Notes: generated by a model not told the origin, from the letters alone. 64,000 nucleotides of DNA from Andalucia godoyi And28 (GCA_009859145.1 VRVR01000058.1:49959-113958), one strand, 5' to 3'. Numbered from the stretch's first letter, positions 50,747 through 61,968 are shown. Numbers and translations: made by a program.

Positions 50747-53700
50747 TTAGCATCGCCTCTTTGAATCGACAATGGCTTTAAGTTGCGCATGTTTTGCATG
50801 CAAATCGACGTCATTCGATCCAAAAACAACATTTGCTGTGCCAGTCTCGCAATGCGTCTGCAGTACTTCATACAACACACACCAGCGAGCAGGATTCTGT
50901 GATGCCAAAGCATCCCATGCAGGGGCAGGAATGCCAGCGGAAACAAGTCGCAATCCGCGTCCGAAAGCGCTGACAGCACTTTCAATCGACACTGATGCTC
51001 CGACAAAATCATGTTCAGCCGACCCAGCCACAGAAGTAGAGGAAAGCACGGCAAAGCCAACCACATACTCGTGAGAATTTTCATCATCATTTCCGACAGC
51101 GGAAACTGCAGACTTCAAAGCAGATGCGGTACGACGCCCTTGGAAGGAGGAAACAGCGGATGCAACGCTGTGTGCCGCAACCACGATAACTGAGCCGTCT
51201 CCAACAGCAAGGGAGAGAGGAGCAGAGCTCTGAGAGCCGAGAAAGAAAGAAGCAAGATCCGACGAGCGGACCAGACGGGAAAACAAGCAGGCGCACCCAG
51301 CAACGACAACCTTCACAAGCGAGGAATCATCGCAGATAAAATCCAAAGAGGGACCGAACACATTCAATATATAGGATGTGAATAGCTGCGGTTGCAGTTG
51401 GTCCAACAACGACGGGACGTCTAATCCCACATATAACAGCCACATAATGAAAGCGCCGACACAGCCTGCAAATCGAGAGGTTCGATGGGTCATCAACCTC
51501 TGGAAGAGGATTTGGAAAAGCGTGGTGAGATGAGGCGTCATTCTACCAAGGCCTGCTGGGGTGGACGCAATCGCAAGACAGATGAGAACGCCACGAAAAT
51601 CTGACTGACGCATCGAAACCAGTTTTTGGACAACGCCAAGGACGGCTTCTACAGACACGGTCGAAAACACGGTATCTGGATCAACGCGAATGCACGCCTC
51701 CAGAAACTGAGCAACAGCTTGAGTAGCGCCAGATGATCTGTGCGTCCACATCGATGGATGAACGCAGGGAGTCAGCAAGGGGGCGTACAGCCGGCGGACA
51801 ACGGGGCTCAGCGGCGTCGATCCACCCTGAGAAGACGCAACAGCGGCGCTGTGAGAGGCAGAGTATGCCAACAGCTGGAATGCATATGGAATGAGATCTT
51901 CTACATTGTTTTGCAGAATCGGCTGCAACGCACCTGCAAACAAACTGTTCTCGGCAATTTCCACAGACGCAACCGTCAAAACGGATGCATGGTTGTAAAC
52001 GAGAGTAAGAATGGCGCCGGTTGTTTCAAAAAGATAATGAACCAAAAACGGCGGTACATGCACAATAGCACTGTCCGCACCAGCAGAGGATCCAGCAGCT
52101 GCCAGCTGAACAAAGCTCGAGCACAAGAGACCCAGCAGCTGCGACAGAGCTTGCAAGCAAGGCACAATCCAGCCAAATCCGTGAACAGAAAAAGATCGCG
52201 CCGCACTCGGCTCGTGCGACAAAATTCTCCATAAGCACTTGGAAAGATGCACCCCTTCTTCACCCGGAGTACCCGACAGATCTGCTTTGCCGCCACTCCC
52301 AGCCCCGAGGCAAACACCAATCGACTGAAATGCACACTCAAGAGCAACAGGAACGTCGACAACAACAGCGTTGGAGCTTTTGTAGAGAACCAGTACGCGC
52401 TCCAAAGTGATCGCCGAGGCAGCACGGACTACGGAGAAAGGAGCACGCAAGAGCGCAACAAGGACGGGGATCATGGAACTCCAAGCGTCTACTGGAATTT
52501 GAGAGCGGAACAGGTGAACAAGCCGCAATGTAGCAACGTCAACTGCGGCTTGATAGGTGGACCGAGCGCGGGAACCATCTAACATTCGACCAAGACGAGG
52601 AACAATTTCAGAAGAGAGGTATCTGTTCACGGGCATCAATTCGTTCATCCGCGTTGTTCCATGAGCATACGTGTACCCCAACGATCCGACAGACCCCAGC
52701 AAAAACATCGCACATTCCAAAGCCGCGAGACGCGCGGAGTTTGCATTTGCACGGGCATCCTTGTCTTGGCTGAACTGCGCATCCACGAAAAGAAGGACGC
52801 GACCCGTGACTCCTTCTGCATTGAGTTGAACGAGCGCCCGCAGCAAATCGGCAGCAGACCGCCTTCGAGATCCTGAATCAGATCCTTCCAGTTCTCGGCG
52901 AATGTAATCTGCAGGATTGGACTCTGCTTGGTCAATGTCGTCCTCAGACAAGACGGTATTTGGGAGAACAACATGATCCACAAGCTGAGCAATCGTCTCC
53001 GGATTGTTTTTCAGAACTTCCGCACAGCCTGATTTCGCGACGGCTGTCACAAACGCAAGCGCATCCGAAGTGAGTTCTTCCATGGACGGATCCTCGTCTG
53101 TATGTTGCGAACGAAGCTGCGAAGACTCTTGCAAAATGACCCAGATGGCCTGCAGAAACGGTGGAATGGCAGAGGAGACGTCATCTTCATATCTTTCAGC
53201 CCAGAAACCAAGCACCTTGCAAACTTGAGCCTGCAGCAGTGTCACATGTTCGATGACGCCTTTCGGGAGCTGCTGCTGTCGTGGACGCACACCAAGAACC
53301 TTTCCAAAGAAGTTAAGCAGCCCCGGAAGCGCATCTTCAAAGTATGCAGCCAGTTCGTGCCACGTCAGTGACAATATGATGGAGCAAACCCTCCGGGCTT
53401 CTGAGCAGCCAGCAACGCAGCCAGTGCTTGAAATAATCTGTTCAAGAAGCTTAAGAACAGGCATAAGAACGGGGCAGTACTGGTCGAGCACATGCTTCAG
53501 TTCCGCAATAAACTCACTAGTGAGAGACACTTCCTTATGTGCTTCAAAGACCGCATCGGCAACCGTCAACAGGCCGCGGAGGCCGGTGAGGTCTTCCGAG
53601 GAAGCCTGTCCAGTCGTCGCTTTTGCTTCCAAATTCTTCGTGGCATTCAGAGTCGCCTGTGCGAGTTGCGGAATCAGCTGTGGCCACGCATGTGGATGGT

Positions 53701-54310
53701 CCTCATCCGCAATGACACCAATTGCTTGAGCAATTTGGGACATGAGTGCATCCGGAATTGCGGAAGCAGCAATGGTCGGTACAATGATCAATCGAACGAT
53801 CTGTTTTGATGCGTCATCCACCACAGCAGCAGCAGCGGTATGCGGCTCTGCCCCGTTTCCATGGACGTGAGCATGGCCATGAGAATGGGCACCAGCATGA
53901 GGGTGACCTGCTCTTTGCTTCTCTGGCGACAGCTGTGGTAAGATGTTGTTCTGCGGCGCCCAGCGTTGCTTGACAGTGTTCTTGAAGAGGATGGATGCCA
54001 TGTGCTGCACCAGCATTGCTGACGACGCAGCACTCTTGACACTCGCATCCGAGGACGACTGGAGAAGTGAGGCCAGGTTCTGTGAAGACACCGTCGAGTA
54101 GAAGAACAGCAAAAGCAAGTACACCCCGGAGACAGGAAGCGACGTTGGGGCAGCGGACGGAAGGTACTGTGAAAGAAACCCTTGTAGAAAAGAAGGAAGC
54201 ATTACATCGTTGGTCGATTCCCCAAGAAGCCGAATTTGTCGTTCAGCAGCATTCCGCGAAACCTGGTTTGTGGACTGCAAGTCGATCAACAGAGCCGGAA
54301 GACCGTCCAT
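50747..54310 (-). CDS. CSE1: Exportin-2 / CSE1 (importin-alpha re-exporter)
   Basis: IBN_N ASILFKNTVKQRW; QIAQAIGVIADEDHPHAWPQL; ESNPADYIRRELEGSDSGSRRRSAADLL. Start at ATG 54310 (MDGLPALL) is inferred; the upstream frame is T-rich and looks non-coding. Confidence 0.88.
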   Translation of the reverse strand: MDGLPALLIDLQSTNQVSRNAAERQIRLLGESTNDVMLPSFLQGFLSQYLPSAAPTSLPVSGVYLLLLFFYSTVSSQNLASLLQSSSDASVKSAASSAMLVQHMASILFKNTVKQRWAPQNNILPQLSPEKQRAGHPHAGAHSHGHAHVHGNGAEPHTAAAAVVDDASKQIVRLIIVPTIAASAIPDALMSQIAQAIGVIADEDHPHAWPQLIPQLAQATLNATKNLEAKATTGQASSEDLTGLRGLLTVADAVFEAHKEVSLTSEFIAELKHVLDQYCPVLMPVLKLLEQIISSTGCVAGCSEARRVCSIILSLTWHELAAYFEDALPGLLNFFGKVLGVRPRQQQLPKGVIEHVTLLQAQVCKVLGFWAERYEDDVSSAIPPFLQAIWVILQESSQLRSQHTDEDPSMEELTSDALAFVTAVAKSGCAEVLKNNPETIAQLVDHVVLPNTVLSEDDIDQAESNPADYIRRELEGSDSGSRRRSAADLLRALVQLNAEGVTGRVLLFVDAQFSQDKDARANANSARLAALECAMFLLGSVGSLGYTYAHGTTRMNELMPVNRYLSSEIVPRLGRMLDGSRARSTYQAAVDVATLRLVHLFRSQIPVDAWSSMIPVLVALLRAPFSVVRAASAITLERVLVLYKSSNAVVVDVPVALECAFQSIGVCLGAGSGGKADLSGTPGEEGVHLSKCLWRILSHEPSAARSFSVHGFGWIVPCLQALSQLLGLLCSSFVQLAAAGSSAGADSAIVHVPPFLVHYLFETTGAILTLVYNHASVLTVASVEIAENSLFAGALQPILQNNVEDLIPYAFQLLAYSASHSAAVASSQGGSTPLSPVVRRLYAPLLTPCVHPSMWTHRSSGATQAVAQFLEACIRVDPDTVFSTVSVEAVLGVVQKLVSMRQSDFRGVLICLAIASTPAGLGRMTPHLTTLFQILFQRLMTHRTSRFAGCVGAFIMWLLYVGLDVPSLLDQLQPQLFTSYILNVFGPSLDFICDDSSLVKVVVAGCACLFSRLVRSSDLASFFLGSQSSAPLSLAVGDGSVIVVAAHSVASAVSSFQGRRTASALKSAVSAVGNDDENSHEYVVGFAVLSSTSVAGSAEHDFVGASVSIESAVSAFGRGLRLVSAGIPAPAWDALASQNPARWCVLYEVLQTHCETGTANVVFGSNDVDLHAKHAQLKAIVDSKRRC

Positions 54311-54950
54311 AGCAAATGTTTGTTGCTCACAGCAATATCTTCCGATGAAAAGATTCGCAAAAACACAAACGAAGCAAACGAAACAAAAACAATATGTATA
54401 AAAGGAAAAGAGAAGATAGACAAAAGAGCAATATTCAAAGAAAACAGCAACCAGTCGAACGCGTGAAAATGAAAATAAGCTCCAGAATATACTGTTCTGA
54501 GACTGTAGAAAAGCCAGAAAAACAAAAAAAGGCACGCAGTGTAGCAAAGGAAAAAAAAAGAAAAAGAAAAGAGCAGGAACTAAACATACAAAACCAACAA
54601 ACAAAAACACGAAAGCTTTTGAAAGCGAGAAGCGAAAGGGCGCATAAGAGAGAAAGGGAAAAAAAACCTCAATTCATACGCACTTGCATGCAGCGGCATT
54701 CTGAAGCCGTGTGAGTACGTGTGGCTGTGTAGAAGAACCCTGGTGGAGAAACTCGTGATGACGACAGGACTGTTCTGTGAGCTCGGAACTACAGTAGTTG
54801 GTTTTTTAGTATTATAAATTAAATTGTATGACTCCGTATTGTTTACTATGGGGCAAACCTGCAGACTTTGTACGGAACACTCCGCTTGTGCCAAGTAGAG
54901 AAGAAGGGAAGGGAAAGGGGGAGGGGGGGGGGGGGGGGGGTAGATCAGTA

Positions 54951-55469
54951 TCAGCGTCGTTGAATGGCCTGCAAATAGCGGATCACGCCTCTCTGTCGGA
55001 TGCGGTGCAAGAACTGAGCGTCCTGCAACTGCGCCTCCAGGTTTTGGACTTCCAGTTCGACTGTGTCCCATTTGGAAACGACTGCATCTTGGAATCCGGA
55101 GAGATACGCCTTTGACTCGTTTTCCAGTGCTTCCTCCATCATGTTTGACTGCACATTATCGTGATAGATTCTGGATCGTGCGGCTGCTGCGTACTCGTAA
55201 TCAGTCCAAACGACAACCTCGGCCAAGCTGCGCAGGACAGCAGTGTTCTCATTCTGTCGCGCAAACGTCCGCAGAGAAGCAGGGAACTTCTTAAAAGCAG
55301 ACGAAATGTCACGGAGCGTGTCCTTGGACAACGGCCCTTTGCGCTTCGTCACTGTCTTGAAGCACTGCACATAGGCTTCCAGCAGTCCTTCAATCAGCTC
55401 CGGAGCCGGTACCGCAGGCAAGCAGCGCTCATTCACCAATAGACGGAAATGTGTGTCATCAAGAGTCAT
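54951..55469 (-). CDS. Small helical / coiled-coil protein, possibly THOC7-like
   Basis: 172 aa ORF with ATG; N-terminal HFRLLV and C-terminal coiled coil ELEVQNLEAQLQDAQFLHRIRQ. The family assignment is a weak recollection. Confidence 0.6.
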   Translation of the reverse strand: MTLDDTHFRLLVNERCLPAVPAPELIEGLLEAYVQCFKTVTKRKGPLSKDTLRDISSAFKKFPASLRTFARQNENTAVLRSLAEVVVWTDYEYAAAARSRIYHDNVQSNMMEEALENESKAYLSGFQDAVVSKWDTVELEVQNLEAQLQDAQFLHRIRQRGVIRYLQAIQRR

Positions 55470-55702
55470 TCATCGACTGCCCCAGTGCTCCGTGCTCAAC
55501 ACTCCCAAGCTTCACAATACATACCTGGAAGCGAAGCGATCCCTCCCACCACGCCATTTCGCCCTTCCCACTCGGTGTCATTCTAGACTCACGTGATGCT
55601 GTTCACTTTTTTTTGGTGGTCCAATGACATATCGATTGCCGAGGACTGACATTTCGCTTTTTGGACGGTCCCTCAACTTGTGGTTTCCGCGAAAGTCTGT
55701 GT

Positions 55703-55711
<9 letters not shown>

Positions 55712-55767
<56 letters not shown>
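55712..55767. repeat. (TC)n microsatellite between the divergent small ORF and RPA1
   Basis: Read directly. Confidence 0.9.
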
Positions 55768-55769
<2 letters not shown>

Positions 55770-55867
55770 GTTTCTGCTTCTCATCCTTCAATGTTTGTAT
55801 TGTTTTATTGTCTTGTTGTTTTGCGGTGTTGGTATTCGTCTGGTATTGGGAAAAACGGGCTTGAGAA

Positions 55868-58800
55868 ATGACGCAGCAGCCTGTGGTTCCGATTACAAAA
55901 GTCACGTTCTCCGTGTACGACCCTTCGACCGTTCGTTCCATGTCGGTGGTGAAGATCACGAATCCCACAGCGCTGGATCGTTTTGGTCAGCCTATTCAAG
56001 GAGGACTGTACGATGCAGCTCTTGGTCCAATCGAGCGCCGTCAACTTTGCTCCACGTGCGCGCTCGGCATCGACCACTGCCCTGGGCATGTCGGCCACAT
56101 TGACCTGGGCACACCATTGTACAACCCGGTGTTTTTCAGTCAGTTGTTTCGACTTGTTCGTGCTGAGTGCTTGTATTGTCAGCATTTTCGGATCAAGGAA
56201 GAGCGATTGTATCCCATGATTGACAATGCAGAGAGGGAAGGGAAGGACGTGCTGACGACGGTGCTTCGAAACGCTGGCGCTGTTCGCAAGTGTGAAAACT
56301 GCGGTATGATTGCACCGACACTTCGATCCGAAAAGGGGTGCAAAATTTTCAGAATGCAAGGATCCAAAGCCATTCATGCTATGGAGCAAAGAACAGGCAT
56401 GCGAATCGAGGATGTCTTGTACAAGAACAGTTCCAGGAAAACCGGTCAGTTGCAGGACAATGGAGACGAGACTGAGGACGATCTGGAAAACTCGGATCTT
56501 GAATCGCACGATGAAGAGGGGGAAGATGATGACGATATCGATATGGATGCAGTTGCAAACAAGAACAAGGCAGCTAGCGAAGCACCCGAACAGAAGCTCT
56601 TGTTCATGACACAGTTGGAGGTTTCGAAGCATGTGCAAGAATTGTTCAAGAACACTGCAAATATTATTTCAAAACTCTACGGGCCCAGTGCGTCACAATC
56701 CATGTTCTTTGTAGAATGCGTTCTCGTGACTGCGTCGAAGTTTCGTCCCTTAATGGTTCTCGGGGACTCGAAGTATGAGCACCCGCAAAACACGTACCTC
56801 TCCAAGCTTCTTTCCGGAAACATTACTCTCAAAGATCTTGGGTCAAAATCAGCACCTGGAGAAGAGAGAAACAAGGAGAAGGACATGGCTACGATGCTTG
56901 GTACCATTCTGGACATGCAAAATGCGCTGAATGGTTTGATGGACTCGGATATGTCGTCTTCTGAAGTTACTGGCATCAGGCAGCTGCTCGAAAAGAAACA
57001 GGGTCTGTTTCGCAAACACATGATGGGGAAGCGTGTGAACTTTGCCGCTCGCTCCGTCATTTCACCGGACGTGAATTTGTCGACATCCGAAATCGGAATT
57101 CCGTTGTACTTTGCAAAGAGATTATCGTTCCCGACTCCTGTTACGGAGCGCAATCTGCGCGAGATGCAAAGAGCGGTGATCCGCGGTCCTACAGAGTATC
57201 CAGGTGCGAACTTTGTTGTCGACTCGCAAGGCCGGAAGATCGACCTCACATCGTCCTCTCGAGAGAAGAGAATTGCGCTTGCGAAAACGCTTCTTGTCAC
57301 TGCTCCTAACGGTGGGCTGAACCTGGATCAGCCGCCAGTCACGGTTGGGCGTCATGTTTCTGATGGTGATTATCTCCTTGTCAATCGCCAACCCACATTG
57401 CACAAGCCGTCGATGATGTGCCATCGAGCACGAGTTCTCTTCACAGAGCACACGGTCATTCGTATGCATTACGCGAATTGCAACACGTACAATGCCGATT
57501 TTGATGGCGACGAAATCAACTTGCATCTTGCACAGTCGCAGCTGGCTCGTGCAGAAGCAGCAGAAATTGCTGCGAACGACCACCAGTACACAGTTCCCAC
57601 GTCTGGTCGACCAATTCGTGGTCTGATTCAGGACCATGTCGCTTCTGGTGTTTTGCTGACGAAACGAGATACTTTTCTGAGTCGAGAGCAGTACACACAA
57701 CTCGTTTACGGCGCTCTCCAAGGCGTATGCGACCATGTTTCCAAGTGGAAGTACGGAGTGGCTTTCGGAACCGAGGACGTCCGCGTCCGACTGCTGCCGC
57801 CTGCTATCATCAAGCCAAGCGAGTTCTGGACAGGCAAGCAAGTCATAACCACGGTCATTCTGACGATGGTACGTTCTCTTAGCAGAACGCCTTTGAACTG
57901 CGAATTCAAACCGAAAGTGGGCGCAGCTGAGTGGAGCACGCCGAAGGTACCCGCAACAGAAGAAGGGATGGTCGTGTTCCGTGATGGACACTTGTGCACA
58001 GGTGTTCTCGACAAGTCTGCCATGGGAGCCTCCGAGTACGGAATTGTGCATGCATGTTATGAATGTTACGGGGCGCGGTTCGCCGCGGATTTGCTGACGG
58101 CCTTCGGGAAGGTGTTTTCATTGTTCTTGCAGTACCACGGCTTCACGTGTTCCATGGACGACCTCATCCTCACACCGGCAGCAGACATTCGTCGCCGCGA
58201 GATCCTTGCTGAGGCCGAGAGAGCGTGTTCTTCGACGTCATTAAAGACCATGAAAGAACTTTCTCAAAGGACTCCACCTGCTGGGCTTTCGGCAACGCAA
58301 ATTGCCACCGACCATCGTCGAGTGCTGGATGCTGCAGTCAAGAAGACCATGTCGCAATTCACGTCACAGCTTATTCGTGAATCTTTTCCAGCAGGTTTGG
58401 TTAAGCCGTTTCCCAAGAACTGCATGTCCATGATGACGACGTCTGGAGCAAAAGGGTCACTGGTCAATCAAACACAGATCTCTGCCCTACTGGGCCAGCA
58501 GGAACTGGAAGGGAAACGTGTTGCGCCAATGGTTTCTGGAAAGACACTTCCTTCGTTTTCCATCAATGACCCGGCTGCTCGTGCGGGTGGATACATCGCA
58601 GATCGTTTCTTAACCGGTTTGCGACCACAGGAGTATTTCTTCCATTGCATGGCGGGGCGTGAGGGATTGATCGACACTGCCGTGAAGACAGCTCGTTCTG
58701 GATACTTGCAGAGATGTCTGATCAAGCACCTCGAGGGCCTTCGAGTGCATTATGATGGGACTGTCCGCGAGTCTGACGGTACTGTTGTGCAATTCAGATA

Positions 58801-60679
58801 CGGTGACGATGGCCTTGATGCCACGAGAACTCGGTATGTTCCTCGCCTGGATTTCCTCTTTGCAAATGAAAAGGCCATGGGTGAAAAGCTGCGTTTGGGT
58901 GGACAGCAGATGGATGACCTGAAGAAACTAGATGTTCTGTTTTCCAAGTACCAGTCCGCAGTCCGAAAGGATGGGAAGTATGCCGGTGACGTGGAGAACG
59001 CCAAATTGCCACCCGCACACTTGGCTCGTGTGCATGCAGCGATCAAGAAGTTGCAGGAAACGGCCGATGTCAAATCCACGGACAAGAAAAAGAAGGGCGA
59101 CAAGGCCGTGGACAAGAGCAGCGAGGTTCGCGCGAAACACCTGGCGGCTTTGGCTTATGTGAAGTACATGTCATGTGTTGCTGATGCCGGGGAACATGTT
59201 GGAATTCTTGCTGGTCAGTCGGTTGGCGAGCCGTCGACTCAGATGACGTTGAACACTTTCCATTTTGCTGGTGTCGATGCTGCGCACGTTACTGTTGGCA
59301 TCCCGCGTTTGCGAGAACTGTTGATGACGGCGTCCTGCAAGACCCCCCGAATTCAGTTCAAGGTTGGACAGTCTGCAGGCACCAGCGCGGCTCTTGTTCG
59401 TGAAAAGATGGATGGCATTGTTGCCACGCTTTCTCGTGTTACATTTGCGGAGGCGGTTGAGCAGGTCCACATTTCTACGTCGTTGGAGCTGGCTAACGAA
59501 TCCCGGATGCGAAGGGTCGAAGTCCGCTTTGACTTTGTGTCATCTGAGGAGCGCGAGCGAATCCTTGCTGTCACAAATGAAGAATTGGAGGATGTTTTCC
59601 GAATGCAAGTTGTTCCAAGGCTTGCGAATCTTGTGGATCGTGAGCTTAAACTGCGTGTAGCTAAGCCGGAGGCGGAGGACTTTGTCGTTCGTGTCAAGAA
59701 GACTCTTGCTGGCGGTGCAGATCAGGATGCAGAGGAGGAGGGTGTTGAAGATGCAGGCGAGGAAACCACTGCCACCAAGACCAAGCAGCCCAAGGAGGAT
59801 GACGGGGACGTCGACGACGACGAAGAAGAGGAGGACTCGGATTCTTCTTCAGATGACTCGGATTCCGATTCCAGTGGCGATTCTGATTCTGATTCTGAAG
59901 GAGCTGACAAAACGGCACCGACGAAGCAGACGGATTCCTCAGCTAAAGCGTCGCGGCCTACTTCGATGGTGGACGATGCCGAGGAATCGCACAAAGAAAA
60001 GGCTGCGAGTGTTCTTTTGCGCAAATACGCATGCCTTGCAGATTTCAGTTTTTCAAAGGAATCGTGCGTTGTGGTGATGCGAGTTCAAGCGTCTCATCGC
60101 AAGATTCTGATGCAGGGGCTTGTCGAAAAGGTACTGCTTGCGTCTTTTATTCGTCAGACAAGGGGAATTTCGCGGGTGACATCCTCCACAGAAGAGATTG
60201 GCTGCGATGGCGACGCAATCTCTGCGGTGTGGGAAGCCATCTGCCCTGCACTGGAGGGCGAAGCTGACGGTGCCGGCATCAAGGTGGATCTTGAGAAGTT
60301 GTACTGCAATGACGTTGGGACCGTGTTGAAGGTGTATGGAGTCGAGGCGGCCCGTCGTCTTCTTCAGAAGGAGCTGGGGCTGGTGTTTGATGCTTATGGT
60401 ATTCCGGTAGATCAGCGCCACCTCGCCATCATCGCGGACTACATGACCCTGTACGGAAACTATCGCCCGATGAACCGCATCGGCATGGTATCCAATCCAT
60501 CGCTGTTCACTCGTGCCAGTTTCGAAACCACAATCAAGTTTATTACAGATGCCGCCATTAAGGGAGGTTCGGACTCGCTCGACGGCCCTTCAGCCCGCAT
60601 TGCCACGGGCCAGGTCATCCGCGGAGGAACCGGGTGCTTTGATCTGATGGTCCCTCTCCGTGAATACCAAACAGCGTAG
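55868..60679 (+). CDS. POLR1A: DNA-directed RNA polymerase I largest subunit (RPA1/A190)
   Basis: CSTC...CPGHVGHI zinc site; FRKHMMGKRVNFAARSVISPD; NRQPTLH; catalytic YNADFDGDE; GREGLIDTAVKTARSGYLQR; EPSTQMTLNTFH; Pol I-type acidic expander loop; SFETT. Confidence 0.97.
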   Translation: MTQQPVVPITKVTFSVYDPSTVRSMSVVKITNPTALDRFGQPIQGGLYDAALGPIERRQLCSTCALGIDHCPGHVGHIDLGTPLYNPVFFSQLFRLVRAECLYCQHFRIKEERLYPMIDNAEREGKDVLTTVLRNAGAVRKCENCGMIAPTLRSEKGCKIFRMQGSKAIHAMEQRTGMRIEDVLYKNSSRKTGQLQDNGDETEDDLENSDLESHDEEGEDDDDIDMDAVANKNKAASEAPEQKLLFMTQLEVSKHVQELFKNTANIISKLYGPSASQSMFFVECVLVTASKFRPLMVLGDSKYEHPQNTYLSKLLSGNITLKDLGSKSAPGEERNKEKDMATMLGTILDMQNALNGLMDSDMSSSEVTGIRQLLEKKQGLFRKHMMGKRVNFAARSVISPDVNLSTSEIGIPLYFAKRLSFPTPVTERNLREMQRAVIRGPTEYPGANFVVDSQGRKIDLTSSSREKRIALAKTLLVTAPNGGLNLDQPPVTVGRHVSDGDYLLVNRQPTLHKPSMMCHRARVLFTEHTVIRMHYANCNTYNADFDGDEINLHLAQSQLARAEAAEIAANDHQYTVPTSGRPIRGLIQDHVASGVLLTKRDTFLSREQYTQLVYGALQGVCDHVSKWKYGVAFGTEDVRVRLLPPAIIKPSEFWTGKQVITTVILTMVRSLSRTPLNCEFKPKVGAAEWSTPKVPATEEGMVVFRDGHLCTGVLDKSAMGASEYGIVHACYECYGARFAADLLTAFGKVFSLFLQYHGFTCSMDDLILTPAADIRRREILAEAERACSSTSLKTMKELSQRTPPAGLSATQIATDHRRVLDAAVKKTMSQFTSQLIRESFPAGLVKPFPKNCMSMMTTSGAKGSLVNQTQISALLGQQELEGKRVAPMVSGKTLPSFSINDPAARAGGYIADRFLTGLRPQEYFFHCMAGREGLIDTAVKTARSGYLQRCLIKHLEGLRVHYDGTVRESDGTVVQFRYGDDGLDATRTRYVPRLDFLFANEKAMGEKLRLGGQQMDDLKKLDVLFSKYQSAVRKDGKYAGDVENAKLPPAHLARVHAAIKKLQETADVKSTDKKKKGDKAVDKSSEVRAKHLAALAYVKYMSCVADAGEHVGILAGQSVGEPSTQMTLNTFHFAGVDAAHVTVGIPRLRELLMTASCKTPRIQFKVGQSAGTSAALVREKMDGIVATLSRVTFAEAVEQVHISTSLELANESRMRRVEVRFDFVSSEERERILAVTNEELEDVFRMQVVPRLANLVDRELKLRVAKPEAEDFVVRVKKTLAGGADQDAEEEGVEDAGEETTATKTKQPKEDDGDVDDDEEEEDSDSSSDDSDSDSSGDSDSDSEGADKTAPTKQTDSSAKASRPTSMVDDAEESHKEKAASVLLRKYACLADFSFSKESCVVVMRVQASHRKILMQGLVEKVLLASFIRQTRGISRVTSSTEEIGCDGDAISAVWEAICPALEGEADGAGIKVDLEKLYCNDVGTVLKVYGVEAARRLLQKELGLVFDAYGIPVDQRHLAIIADYMTLYGNYRPMNRIGMVSNPSLFTRASFETTIKFITDAAIKGGSDSLDGPSARIATGQVIRGGTGCFDLMVPLREYQTA

Positions 60680-61177
60680 ACTGGGAACGGCGACTGCGAC
60701 TGCGACTGCAATTGTTGTGTACAACGCTCTTTTTTTTTTTCTTTTTTCTTTTTTGGGTTGAACAGCGGTGTACCGTTGGCAAGCTTCTGAACTGTTCTCA
60801 TCGTTTTTTTTATTTATTTCGTTTTCCTCGTCGTAACTAAATAAAAACGAAGTCTCCCCTCTCTTCCGCGATTTCGCGTTTGCTTGTTCTAATATTTTCG
60901 TCTTGATTTGGTTATCGTCATCGTCCACAATTCGGAGTCGTTGAGAGTCCACATCATCGATTGCTGTATAACATATATTTTTTTGTTGCAATTTTGTACC
61001 AATATTCACTGAAGAATAAAGGCTCTGTGATGTCAACCTGGTGCTTCCAGTGAAATAACAAAAACAATTTTTACGAGACTGCCTATGGGGTATTAGGATC
61101 AATGGGTTCTGGAGATTCGACTGGAGAATGAAATTCACGGCCCTGATCGGTTGGTGGAGACGTTATCGAGTGGAAGG

Positions 61178-61696
61178 TCATGGGAGTGCTGTCACCATCA
61201 TTGACAGCATCTTCTTCGGCCAGTGATGGCACAGACGGATCGATATCATCCTCAAGCGACAAAAGAACAGTGTAATCTTCTGAGATATGAATGCGATTTG
61301 CGGTAATGTATACATCCCCGTATTAATGCTGCTCCATTTCACAGAGTTGACAGCATCTCCAGATTCCGTCTCGTCGTCCACGGAAGGCAGTTCCTCTAGC
61401 ACGTCATCGTCCGTGGAGTCTGCAGGAGACAGCGGAGTGCTAGCTTGAGAACATGTCGACTGCCGTTTGGGAAGAGAGTGAATTCGCGGAAACACGTTAT
61501 TGAAGAAGAGATTCAACATATGAGTGTGGCAGCCAGCAAACTGGATAGATGGATACTTCTCCTGTGCGAGCCTCCACATTCTCTTCATAACACTAGTGTT
61601 GTCAGTAGTGACAGCAACAACTTGCTGAGATACTTGTGCAGCAGCGATTGACCTGTCAAGTAATTTCGCATAATACTCTCTGTCTTTGGACGCATG
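61178..61696 (-). pseudogene. hAT-like (DUF659 / RNase H fold) transposase fragment
   Basis: REYYAKLL...VVAVTTDNTSVMKRMWRLAQEKYPSIQFAGCHTHMLNL (catalytic-D TDN and CxxH motif); no ATG start; frameshifted downstream. Confidence 0.8.
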
Positions 61697-61968
61697 CAAT
61701 CTCGATCAATCTGCGAGCTGCACGCGGGACATGCAAACACTTTTATGCTTCCGTCTTGACGTGCATGGATCTCACCGCAGCGCCCGCACGGTTTGGACGT
61801 GTACTCCGCACCGAGCCACTTTCTCAGCGTGACACGTTGTTCCTGAGAAGGATGCATTTTGATTCTGACGGCCCTAGCAGTAGGTGTAGTGACACGTGGT
61901 CTCTTAGGAGGTTTGCGGGACCTAGGAGGCCCTGTATCGAGCGGCGTAGGCGTAGGCGAATGCGTCAT
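61697..61968 (-). pseudogene. Fanzor/TnpB remnant: HTH fused directly to the zinc ribbon (RuvC I/II deleted)
   Basis: ARAVRIKMHPSQEQRVTLRKWLG (OrfB HTH-like) joined to EYTSKPCGRCG...SIKVFACPACSSQIDRD (TnpB C-terminal zinc ribbon plus DRD). Confidence 0.88.
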
